From Nitrosopumilaceae archaeon (GTDB lineage Archaea; Thermoproteota; Nitrososphaeria; Nitrososphaerales; Nitrosopumilaceae), in contig OZ242365.1 of assembly GCA_965208905.1 (NCBI GenBank), positions 1,696,001-1,760,000 on the forward strand: 64,000 bases of DNA, read 5' to 3'. The notes under the pieces were generated by a model. The model worked only from the letters and a program-made list of their open reading frames with translations, searched no databases and was not told where the DNA came from. Both the position numbers and the translations under genes were made by a program. Shown one piece after another: positions 10,324 to 18,982 of this stretch (its first letter is position 1; each line of letters opens with the position of its first letter).

Positions 10324-11295
10324 ATGGCAGTAAGCAATTTTGATTGGTTAGTAGATAAGTTGCAGGAGATTTCCAGATTTGGTCAGGAAATTAAAGACGA
10401 TGGGATCACAACAGACTATAATTACCATACTGCACTCAAGCTTATTACACTATATTACGTGTCAGATGTTTTTGCCCGCGTTGCAGGGAATAAGAAACGG
10501 GGAATTGAGGGATTTGATGGTGCGGTGTATGTTGATCTGTTTGCTGGTACGGGCCTTGTAAGAGTAGGAAGGGACAAAGACATCGTTGCTGGTTCTGCCG
10601 TATGCGTAGTCAAAAATGAAAGCTTGTTTTCCTATAGCATATTGGTGGAGAAAGACAAACAGCGACATAGTATTCTAAATAGTAGAATGGAAGGAGTCCT
10701 TCCTAAAGACAAGTTCCGTGTTATTAGAGGTGATTCTAATGAGGTAATTGGAGAAGTGATAAAAATCATAGAGGGGCAATTCAAGAACCCCATCGTACTG
10801 GTGTTCGTAGATCCGGAGGGCATGGAAATCCAATTTAGGACGCTGAAAGCACTAAGTGACAAATTCCGAAGTTGTGATTTCCTGATTAATGTTAACGCTC
10901 AGGGTGTACAACGTGTTGCTGGTCAAACCAAGCGAGGAATTCCGAACAGAGAAAGCGCCATAAAGGAATACCTAGAGGAAAATGTACAGACAGTCCTACA
11001 GGAATTGGCAGAGGGAAAACGCGTAGAGGAGAAGTACTCCGATCAGGTAAAGAATGTCCTAGGCAGGAGTGTTGGTGAGGTTATTAAGATTCAAGGTGAC
11101 GGTAGCAGGGCCGCATACTATCTCCTATGCTACACTAGGCAGACACACGGAGGTTCAACATACAGAAATGCATGGACGACACTCAAAAAAAGAATAGAAA
11201 GTCTTGACGGAAATAGTGTACGAAAAGCACTCGATCAGTTGAGTGGGAGGTCGACAACATTGGACCAATACTACGATAGTAAGATAGGGTCATAG
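10324..11295 (+). CDS. tcmP: Three-Cys-motif partner protein TcmP (SAM-binding methyltransferase-like)
   Basis: YVDLFAGTG..GS; LVFVDPEG motifs; divergent neighbour of DUF5131. Confidence 0.85.
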   Translation: MAVSNFDWLVDKLQEISRFGQEIKDDGITTDYNYHTALKLITLYYVSDVFARVAGNKKRGIEGFDGAVYVDLFAGTGLVRVGRDKDIVAGSAVCVVKNESLFSYSILVEKDKQRHSILNSRMEGVLPKDKFRVIRGDSNEVIGEVIKIIEGQFKNPIVLVFVDPEGMEIQFRTLKALSDKFRSCDFLINVNAQGVQRVAGQTKRGIPNRESAIKEYLEENVQTVLQELAEGKRVEEKYSDQVKNVLGRSVGEVIKIQGDGSRAAYYLLCYTRQTHGGSTYRNAWTTLKKRIESLDGNSVRKALDQLSGRSTTLDQYYDSKIGS

Positions 11296-11438
11296 CAGTT
11301 GCACGCCATGTGCTCATAACATCTCCCCCACACTGATGAAGTCTCTACACAAGGAGATTTTTGATTTTGAGTAAACGATTAATGCGGTCTTTGCGGGAGT
11401 AACACAAAATATACATAACCAATCTTCCAATAAAAAAC

Positions 11439-11921
11439 ATGGGTAATCGTAGTTCACTTCTAATCTCGGATCATATACTAAGACGTGCTCCTGACAAACG
11501 GTTAACACCATTTCACTTAATCAAAATGGTTGTCATAGCACATGGTCGTCACCTTGCCACTACAAATGAACCTCTGATAGCAGACCGAATAGAAGCATGG
11601 AAACATGGTCCTGTCATACCTGTACTGTACCATGAACTAAAAATCTATGGCGATGGCCTAGTGCCGACCCTCAGGTATTGTGGTACGCAGGTCAACGAAC
11701 CCATTCGCGATGAGTTCTTTGACACCCTACTGAGTGAGGAGGAACGGCGCATAATAGATGGGGTGGTTTATGATTATGGGGATTGGACGATGGGACAGTT
11801 ATACGAGTTATGCCACGCACCTGGCTCTCCATGGGACATCTGCTATACGGGTGAACTTGGAGTTGAGATACCCGACTATGTGCTTAAACAATACTATATG
11901 GAGGAATTACTCTCCAGCTAA
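11439..11921 (+). CDS. Panacea/SocA (DUF4065) antitoxin
   Basis: LTPFHLIKMV..AHG..IEAWKHGPVIPVLY..LCHAPGSPW. Confidence 0.88.
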   Translation: MGNRSSLLISDHILRRAPDKRLTPFHLIKMVVIAHGRHLATTNEPLIADRIEAWKHGPVIPVLYHELKIYGDGLVPTLRYCGTQVNEPIRDEFFDTLLSEEERRIIDGVVYDYGDWTMGQLYELCHAPGSPWDICYTGELGVEIPDYVLKQYYMEELLSS

Positions 11922-12232
11922 TGTCAAAGGCGCCAATTCGGGATGACCGTTTCCGGACACCTAGTCCCCCACCCCGAAGTGAGTTACCATCCAAGACTGA
12001 TAACCCCGGCACAGCCAAAGACGATATCCCAAAATGGATGAAGGTATTAGTAATCGTACATGTGGTTGCCACATATGGCATAATCATTGCACATGGGTTG
12101 GACTTTGTACCGTTTCATTTGGAAGAGGCACCCCTGACAGCCTTGGCTGCCACAGGAATAGGGTCGTCATTGGGGTTGGTAGCCAAGCAGATTACCAAGA
12201 TTGTTGGATTACATATGTTGAAGAAGAACTGA
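11921..12232 (+). CDS. Small two-TM membrane protein, candidate toxin partner of Panacea
   Basis: TAATG stop/start overlap with the Panacea gene; two hydrophobic helices. Confidence 0.55.
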   Translation: MSKAPIRDDRFRTPSPPPRSELPSKTDNPGTAKDDIPKWMKVLVIVHVVATYGIIIAHGLDFVPFHLEEAPLTALAATGIGSSLGLVAKQITKIVGLHMLKKN

Positions 12233-12420
12233 TCTGGCATCTAGGTTTGACAACGCCTTTTCTTGGAAACTGGGAAATTATAGGTACAGATTGTATAGTG
12301 GGAAATGGGATACATAACTAAAGGTGTCAAGACATGGTGACCGTAGCGTTCACACATATGCTCCCATGCCTCAAGATTGACTTTTACCGCCTTAAATACT
12401 GCCGATACGTTACCACACAA

Positions 12421-13722
12421 ATGAATTATAGAAAACAGAGAGGCATATTGATAACCAAAAAGAAAAACCAGATACACCGTGTAGATGATATGACATATGA
12501 GGTGTGTTCACAGACTGAACCCGGTGGCAAGTATACGTTGATACGTACATCCAGCAGCTGGGATTGTACATGCCCAGATGATGTCACATACTGCAAGCAC
12601 GCATATGCGCTGGAGGAATACCTTGGTGCAAAGGCGCGGGCCGACCGCGGCATGATGATACACCAGGCTAATAATCAGGTAGAACGTATATCACACGACC
12701 ACTATCTAGTCAAATCACAAAGTACTGATGAATCATACGAAGTACGAGACTTTGGCAGTGGTTGGATGTGTTCATGTCCGGACCACATTCATACAGGCAG
12801 TATGTGCAAACACATTCAAGCCGTACAATGGCATAATGGAGAACGTCAAATCATCGAAAGGCCGGACCAGACAGTCTGCAAGTATTGTGACTCACCGAAC
12901 ATAATCCGAAAGGGAGAACAGTGTGGCAAACGTCGGTTCAAATGCAAGGCGTGTGGTAAATACTTCACCAACAATCTTGGATTCGATGGAATGCGCAACT
13001 CACCAGAACACATTGTTGCCGCCGTAGATATGGTGTTCAGTGTATTGTCGTCACGTAAGGCAGCCAAATCCATACAACGTAAAGGTTGCACTGTCAACCA
13101 TGTCACGGTATACAACTGGTCAGTCAAATATGGTAGGTTGATGGAGACATTCTTTGATACAATTCGGCCACTGGTTGGTGAGTTGTGGCGCACTGATGAG
13201 GTGTACACAAGGATTCGGGGAAATAAACAGTACCTGTTTGCCATGCTGGATGCAGAGACTAGATACTGGATTGCAAAACAGGTCGCTACACACAAGGGTA
13301 CGGATGATGTTAGACCGATGTTCAAGAAAGCCAGACAGATTACCGGTAAAGTTCCGGCCAAACTCATATCTGATGGCGCATCCAACTTTGCCGAAGCACA
13401 CCATGACATGTATGCGCCTAAAAACTTCCTTTGGAAGGACTCTGTACATGAGTCCCACATTAGAATATCTGGCGATGTACACAACAACCAGATGGAGTCG
13501 TTCAACGGCAATACCATAAGAATGCGGGAGAAGGTGATACGTGGGCTGAAAAAAGAGGATTCTGCGATACTGTCCGGCCTACAGATATATCACAACCATG
13601 TGAGACCACATCTGGCGTTGAATGGCGATACGCCTGGTGAGGCTGCTGGGATATACATACAAGGTGAGGACAAGTGGCTTACAATCATTCAGGCCGCCGC
13701 CAAAGCGAAACATTTGGAGTAA
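12421..13722 (+). CDS. IS6-family (IS240-like) DDE transposase with two SWIM fingers and a Zn ribbon
   Basis: CTCPD..CKH and CSCPD..CKH; CKYC..CKAC; WRTDE..LDAETR..ISDG..NNQMESFN. Confidence 0.85.
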   Translation: MNYRKQRGILITKKKNQIHRVDDMTYEVCSQTEPGGKYTLIRTSSSWDCTCPDDVTYCKHAYALEEYLGAKARADRGMMIHQANNQVERISHDHYLVKSQSTDESYEVRDFGSGWMCSCPDHIHTGSMCKHIQAVQWHNGERQIIERPDQTVCKYCDSPNIIRKGEQCGKRRFKCKACGKYFTNNLGFDGMRNSPEHIVAAVDMVFSVLSSRKAAKSIQRKGCTVNHVTVYNWSVKYGRLMETFFDTIRPLVGELWRTDEVYTRIRGNKQYLFAMLDAETRYWIAKQVATHKGTDDVRPMFKKARQITGKVPAKLISDGASNFAEAHHDMYAPKNFLWKDSVHESHIRISGDVHNNQMESFNGNTIRMREKVIRGLKKEDSAILSGLQIYHNHVRPHLALNGDTPGEAAGIYIQGEDKWLTIIQAAAKAKHLE

Positions 13723-13774
13723 TTTTTGACTTTTTTTGTTGGGATATCACCGATCATGTGTTGCTGACTTGCTA

Positions 13775-13895
13775 TGTGAGCGGAGTGGAAACGGTGGTCC
13801 AGACTGTACAGTGGAAATAGAGGTCGGAGTGGAAACGTCGGTCGAGTTTCGCGCAGGCGCTATAACTGAACAGGCGCTGTTAACTGAACAGTTCA
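13775..13895. repeat. Copy of the TTTCCACT/MITE repeat family (inverted relative to 46670-46770)
   Basis: Reverse complement aligns with gaactgttcagttatagcgcctg..tttccac..tttccactgtacagt..gtttccac at 46671-46765. Confidence 0.75.
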
Positions 13896-14798
13896 CGATT
13901 CCACTTTATACTTTTCAGAGTCGTAATATTTCTTCAGAACTTCTCGTTTAAAGTACACAGGAATAAGGAAATGTGTAGGTCCATCACCTTCATTATATGA
14001 TGCTGTTATGTTATTTCCCTCTTCATCAACACCAACAATGAATTCATAATTTCCTGTACGGAAATCAAGAAGATGTTTGCACTTAGGATATGGGCGTACC
14101 AGATCTTTTCCCAACAACCGACTGAATGTTGGTCTTTTACCTATGTCATAGTCATCTACTGTGAGATCAAATACATAGTTAGAATCAACCAACTTGCGTA
14201 TCAAAGGTTCAATGCCGAGATCTACCAGCGATCGGTCACTGCGTACTCGGTTGTCATGCTGCCTGATCAGAACACGTTTTCTACATGCCAGATAGTTTCG
14301 TAGAAAAGTAGCGCGAATTTCAATTTTTTCGCGGTTTTCTTCATTTATAACTTTGGCTACATCTGTGGTTTCGCCTGCTCCGTCAACCGCCACGTATTTG
14401 CCTTCCTTTACGTCAAAATGTAGGTTGTAGAACAATATGAAGTTCTGGATGAGTTCAAATCTACTTGGCCACGTATCGTTCCAGTGCCTCATGAACGTAA
14501 AGGGCTCAATTCTTACATCACCATTCTTGCCAACATATTCCTCCGTCTGCTCCTCAACACGTATCTTTCCATCATCTTCCCAAACCTCGGTCTTTCCAAA
14601 GTCATTGTAAGCTAACCACTCACTGTTGGCCAGTAGGGCTTCAGGCGAGTCGGTTTCTGCCAAGACACTGGTCATGGAGAGGGATGTCTTCCAACCGTCA
14701 CGTTTAGCCACATCGTACTGCGCTACAGCAATCCAAGGTTCATTCATTGATCTATGCCTTAACCAATCACTAAATTCCAGTATATGTTTGGCGCTCAT
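13893..14798 (-). CDS. Uncharacterised protein, probably 3'-truncated at the repeat
   Basis: 301-aa ORF ends at LIPVYFKREVLKKYYDSEKYKVES, exactly at the repeat boundary. Confidence 0.55.
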   Translation of the reverse strand: MSAKHILEFSDWLRHRSMNEPWIAVAQYDVAKRDGWKTSLSMTSVLAETDSPEALLANSEWLAYNDFGKTEVWEDDGKIRVEEQTEEYVGKNGDVRIEPFTFMRHWNDTWPSRFELIQNFILFYNLHFDVKEGKYVAVDGAGETTDVAKVINEENREKIEIRATFLRNYLACRKRVLIRQHDNRVRSDRSLVDLGIEPLIRKLVDSNYVFDLTVDDYDIGKRPTFSRLLGKDLVRPYPKCKHLLDFRTGNYEFIVGVDEEGNNITASYNEGDGPTHFLIPVYFKREVLKKYYDSEKYKVES

Positions 14799-15245
14799 AC
14801 CTACGTGATGCCCTTACATTGAATATAACTCCTGTTAGAAATGTGAACTTCCATGTGTCAAGGATGGTTAACCAATCCTGACAGTGTCTAGGTAATGCTT
14901 TTTGGTCTGGGTCAATTATAGTATACTGTCTTATTTACAACGCGTGTCCGCAAACATGCGCGTGAGGTGGGAATATGGGCAACCACAAACCCCTCCAGAC
15001 CGCCACAACTTTCCCACCCAGCCCAGATTAACGACACATACCGTTAATCACATTGAAAAAAATTATTCGGGTGGTTGGTTGTTTACCCAGCCGGTCTTGC
15101 CAGACATGCTCTTACAGCTCGCGCAATCAACAGTCTGCGCCGCCAACATCTGTTGTACAACAGGCTGGCATCTCACGTTAACTTACCGGTTACTACACCA
15201 CCCCCACTGTAACCCATTAACGTATCCCATCACCAAGACAATACC

Positions 15246-15428
15246 ATGGAGAAGCCTCACTTTATCTGGTGGTTCGCGCACATAGTGCTGGGTGTGATTA
15301 CCGGACTTGTAGTCTACCTGCTATACAAGGAGAAGAACCCAGTAGCCGCGCGCAGACACCTAATCGGATCTGTAGTCATCATGATTGTGTTTAGCATATT
15401 CTTTCTGTCTCTCACATTTTTAGTCTAG
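15246..15428 (+). CDS. Small two-TM membrane protein
   Basis: Two hydrophobic helices; element-type promoter box 29 nt upstream. Confidence 0.7.
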   Translation: MEKPHFIWWFAHIVLGVITGLVVYLLYKEKNPVAARRHLIGSVVIMIVFSIFFLSLTFLV

Positions 15429-16408
15429 TATTTTGATATGCTGGATCCGTTAAGCACGGAGTGCCAGCGCGTGATACATTTTGGAAAGTCAGACCCGTCC
15501 TGCATGGCCAGTATGTCCCGTGTAGCAGGCCGCATAATCTTACCGCCGGGCAGCTCCAGCCTCATGCTTTCACCCATGCACCATCGGCAGAACACGGGTG
15601 CCATCGCGACGGCCTGCCCACCATGTATGCGGCGCAGCATGATTATCGCATCGGACGCATGCTTTTCGTCAAGTCCCCAGCGCTCGGTCAGCTCGTATAT
15701 CGGCTCAAAGCCGATTGCGCGGCTCAGTGTGCATTTGCATGCCTTCATTACCGCGCGTCCGCGCACGCTGCCAAATGTACCTGCAGCATATATGGTCACA
15801 CCCGTCTGGTGTACCGGACAAATATCAACGGGTACGGTCACGAGCACCACTATTCTGTCAACACTCACCTCAAATGCCGCATACTGTATGGTGTCATCAG
15901 GGAACGTATAGTCAATGCCTATGACCTCGCCGAGCAGGGCTCCCGCATACTCCCCGTTTATCGTGTGCAGTGGGTCGAACTGTGGATCCACGCTCATTGG
16001 ACGGCCCAGTATGGTACAGTATAGCCTCTGGACCTCCCCATTGTACAACTCCCACACGTGCCTAGAGTGCACATCAAGACCGGCCGCGCGAGCATCCTCC
16101 GGTACAAGCGGCAGCACGCCGGCCAGTACGCGTTCGGCGCGATGCTCGGCCAGTATGCGGGCGATGCACAGGCCATCCCCACTCATGGGCGGATGGTGTT
16201 CTGGCATTTGAACTCCCAACAGTCGTGTTATGTCGCGCACCCCGTATTCCACGAGTGCGTTGTTTAGTCCTGTCTGTGTATCCTCACTATTCAGTATTAG
16301 TCCACGGAACAGTTCACTGCGGTTTCTTATGCCGCGCTTGGCCATCAACTGGTGCATCATCTCAATCTCCGCATCATTCAGACTGAACGAGATTGGTATT
16401 CTACCCAT
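15425..16408 (-). CDS. RHH/CopG-like N-terminal domain protein with Cys-rich C-terminal region
   Basis: IPISFSL..RGIRNRSELFR; CPVH, CKC and CRWC motifs. Confidence 0.65.
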   Translation of the reverse strand: MGRIPISFSLNDAEIEMMHQLMAKRGIRNRSELFRGLILNSEDTQTGLNNALVEYGVRDITRLLGVQMPEHHPPMSGDGLCIARILAEHRAERVLAGVLPLVPEDARAAGLDVHSRHVWELYNGEVQRLYCTILGRPMSVDPQFDPLHTINGEYAGALLGEVIGIDYTFPDDTIQYAAFEVSVDRIVVLVTVPVDICPVHQTGVTIYAAGTFGSVRGRAVMKACKCTLSRAIGFEPIYELTERWGLDEKHASDAIIMLRRIHGGQAVAMAPVFCRWCMGESMRLELPGGKIMRPATRDILAMQDGSDFPKCITRWHSVLNGSSISKY

Positions 16409-16625
16409 TCGCCAACATCCCTCCTACCGGCTTGTCCGGCATCATCGCAGTGGGCGGTCCACCGCGCGAAGCGGCCAGCGCCTTGATAACAGCCTCCTGC
16501 AGCAGAATACGGATTAACTCATTCTGGTCTTTGATACCGCGTTTGTCCCTCAACAGGTCCATTCTCTCCAGATCTACTTCGGTGAGATACAGTGGTGTGG
16601 GACGCCGGAGGCTCTCAGGCATCAT
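16401..16625 (-). CDS. RHH/CopG-like DNA-binding protein
   Basis: TPLYLT..RGIKDQNELIRILLQEA. Confidence 0.65.
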   Translation of the reverse strand: MMPESLRRPTPLYLTEVDLERMDLLRDKRGIKDQNELIRILLQEAVIKALAASRGGPPTAMMPDKPVGGMLANG

Positions 16626-16950
16626 TTGCCGCCTCTCGCAGTATGACGCTGATTAACTGGCTATCGTTTTTGATCCCGCTCATCTCCTTCAACCATTCAA
16701 CCCTGCCCTCCGACATGCCGTCCAGACTGGCCAGCACATAACACGGCTTTTCGTCTGGCGGCCATCGTTTCCCGGGAGCATGCCGCATGCGCTCCATCTC
16801 ATCAGCCCCACCACTACAATAATACCACAGCAGGAAGCCCACACCCCAAGCGTTGGGCGTACCATCCCATGTGGTGCCCCGACGCGCGATGTTCCGGGCC
16901 AGCTCCTCATCTGATAACGACATGTCCAAGTCGCGCGGGTCAAACTCCAT
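16615..16950 (-). CDS. Protein with C-terminal RHH-like module
   Basis: SGIKNDSQLISVILREA; start MEFDP lies 28 nt from a promoter box. Confidence 0.6.
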   Translation of the reverse strand: MEFDPRDLDMSLSDEELARNIARRGTTWDGTPNAWGVGFLLWYYCSGGADEMERMRHAPGKRWPPDEKPCYVLASLDGMSEGRVEWLKEMSGIKNDSQLISVILREAANDA

Positions 16951-17026
16951 GCTTTGTATTGCTACGCATTCCATTTAAGGCGCTATATGGGTGTCCCCTT
17001 TTATACCGCCAATACGATACAATCAC

Positions 17027-17377
17027 ATGTTCGGGTGGGGCCGCAAGAAAAAACCAGAGAAAAAGCAGGAGAGCGGCCTGATGTACGCAGGCTCGCCGGC
17101 CACACAGCACAAGGAGGTCGACTTGGGTGAGACACACCATACATACAAGACAGAGGACGGCACGCTATACATGAGGGATACCGCCCTGCACCTGGTGACC
17201 GAGCAGGGCACCATCACTGCGCCATACCATACGATAGATGCATGGGAATATACCGGCAAGTCGTTCCGTGTGTGGTGGACTACATCCACACACAACTATA
17301 CGTTTGCATGCAGGCCTGAGATGTCGCCTGCAGAGGACCTGCAGAACATCATACACAAAAAAACATTTGGGATGTAA
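17027..17377 (+). CDS. PH/GRAM-like domain protein
   Basis: GTLYMRDTALHL beta pattern plus C-terminal helix. Confidence 0.5.
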   Translation: MFGWGRKKKPEKKQESGLMYAGSPATQHKEVDLGETHHTYKTEDGTLYMRDTALHLVTEQGTITAPYHTIDAWEYTGKSFRVWWTTSTHNYTFACRPEMSPAEDLQNIIHKKTFGM

Positions 17378-17381
17378 AAAA

Positions 17382-17876
17382 TTATACTTTCTTTGTAGTC
17401 CATACACCTGGTGCTACCTGACTCACCAGTTGCTGCCGCTGCGTAGTATTGTCCTTCTTTAATACCTCGACTATATCACCAGGTTTTACCGGCTCCTCGT
17501 ATACGCGTACACACCACTTTGGCTTACTGCCTGTGGGATTCTGCAAAAAGTGGTTGCGCTTCTGCGGCCTGAAGAGGTTCTCACCGACCGCCTCACCCAG
17601 TACGTGTTGTTGCTCGCCGTTCTTGCTGTTTACCGTTACGCGGTCTCCCTGCACATGCGGGGCCGTGGTCTGTATCAGCCATTCATCACCGGGTTTCGTA
17701 AAGTGGGCCTCCGCAGTCTCGGCAACCCACTCAAAGGCGAAATCATCACCCATGGGTACGGAGAGCTTTGCGCGCCGCGCCACGTTGCTTGTGTCCAGTA
17801 TCTCAATTATGTCGCCAGACTTTTTGTCGGGGGCATGTATGGTGAATATGTCATCATAGGACGTAATCGTTGCCAT
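17382..17876 (-). CDS. Hypothetical protein with three ~50-aa internal repeats
   Basis: KSGDIIEIL / VQGDRVTVNSKNG / KPGDIVEVLKKDN. Confidence 0.6.
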   Translation of the reverse strand: MATITSYDDIFTIHAPDKKSGDIIEILDTSNVARRAKLSVPMGDDFAFEWVAETAEAHFTKPGDEWLIQTTAPHVQGDRVTVNSKNGEQQHVLGEAVGENLFRPQKRNHFLQNPTGSKPKWCVRVYEEPVKPGDIVEVLKKDNTTQRQQLVSQVAPGVWTTKKV

Positions 17877-17955
17877 GCAATGTAACGTATCCATCGTATA
17901 TAAGGGGTAAAAACCACTGTAACCCTTTAACGCCCCCCGAAAATGGTTGTTAAGC

Positions 17956-18354
17956 ATGATTAAACGAGCGATGGGTGGCAAGGCTGAGGGCGCCGAGGAC
18001 CCACTTGTGGCGGCAAAGAACGTCATATTTACCCTGATTGTGCTGGCCGCATTGCTGTGGATGGCTGATTTGCTGCTCGGTGTAGACACAAGTGCCCCTA
18101 CTGGCCGTCAATACCAATGTACAGCTAGTGATGGTAGTACGTCGATTGTGACGGATGCCAACGACTGTAATGGGGTAACGAGACCAATCACACCTGATGA
18201 CAACCCAGACGCGCCCAGCGACCTACTCGGTGGAATTAAGGAGGCAGAAACACTGGCCGCCCAAGCCGTGGGGTCGATACTGTTCATCCTCAAAATCATT
18301 GTCACCGTGGCCGCAATCGCAGTCATCGGCGTGCTGCGAGTACGAACATACTAA
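17956..18354 (+). CDS. Two-TM membrane protein (possibly pilin-like)
   Basis: Two TM helices around a Cys-pair loop; promoter box 29 nt upstream. Confidence 0.65.
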   Translation: MIKRAMGGKAEGAEDPLVAAKNVIFTLIVLAALLWMADLLLGVDTSAPTGRQYQCTASDGSTSIVTDANDCNGVTRPITPDDNPDAPSDLLGGIKEAETLAAQAVGSILFILKIIVTVAAIAVIGVLRVRTY

Positions 18355-18417
18355 GAATTTTTCCCTGTTTTTTGAAACCCATATAGCGCCTTATATCGTA
18401 TGGTACAGTATGATGGC

Positions 18418-18639
18418 ATGAAACACACAGATGTAATAGACACTGCCCTGCAGATTGTCAATACGGGACGCACTGCGCACATATACTATGATGGTTCCCT
18501 GCAGTGTGGTGAGGAACCTGCAGGCAAGACGATACTGGTCCTCAGGCCTACAAGGCGCGTTAGCCGGCAAACACTCCTGGTTATGTTGACACACCGCCTG
18601 CGCATGAAGGGTATTAGCAATGGAAAGCCATGCGCTTGA
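18418..18639 (+). CDS. Hypothetical protein
   Basis: Start 27 nt after the CATATAGCGCCTTATA box; overlaps the next gene. Confidence 0.5.
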   Translation: MKHTDVIDTALQIVNTGRTAHIYYDGSLQCGEEPAGKTILVLRPTRRVSRQTLLVMLTHRLRMKGISNGKPCA

Positions 18640-18982
18640 TACGGTAGCCGGCTTGGTTGCCGGGCGGAATGCGTATGTGGCATCACCATATGGGGATGCA
18701 GATGCGCGGCGGTATGACAGATATGATGCAGTATTGCGCATGTGCGGCTATCTTATATCCGCCGGCGTGCGCGCATACTCACCCATAGTATACACACACC
18801 ACATACATGAGGCGGGCTACACGCCGCCGGATGGCTGGTATGAGTATGATCTGGGTATGTTGGGCATGTTTGATGTGCTGCTTGTATGCATGCTGCCAGG
18901 CTGGGAGGAGTCGCTTGGCGTACAGAAGGAGATTGCGCGCGCAAAGTCACTGCGCAAGCCAATACTATACGTGCGCGTCTAA
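18620..18982 (+). CDS. DUF1937 / nucleoside 2-deoxyribosyltransferase-like protein
   Basis: YVASPY..AYSPI..LPGWEESLGVQKEI..A motif. Confidence 0.8.
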   Translation: MESHALDTVAGLVAGRNAYVASPYGDADARRYDRYDAVLRMCGYLISAGVRAYSPIVYTHHIHEAGYTPPDGWYEYDLGMLGMFDVLLVCMLPGWEESLGVQKEIARAKSLRKPILYVRV

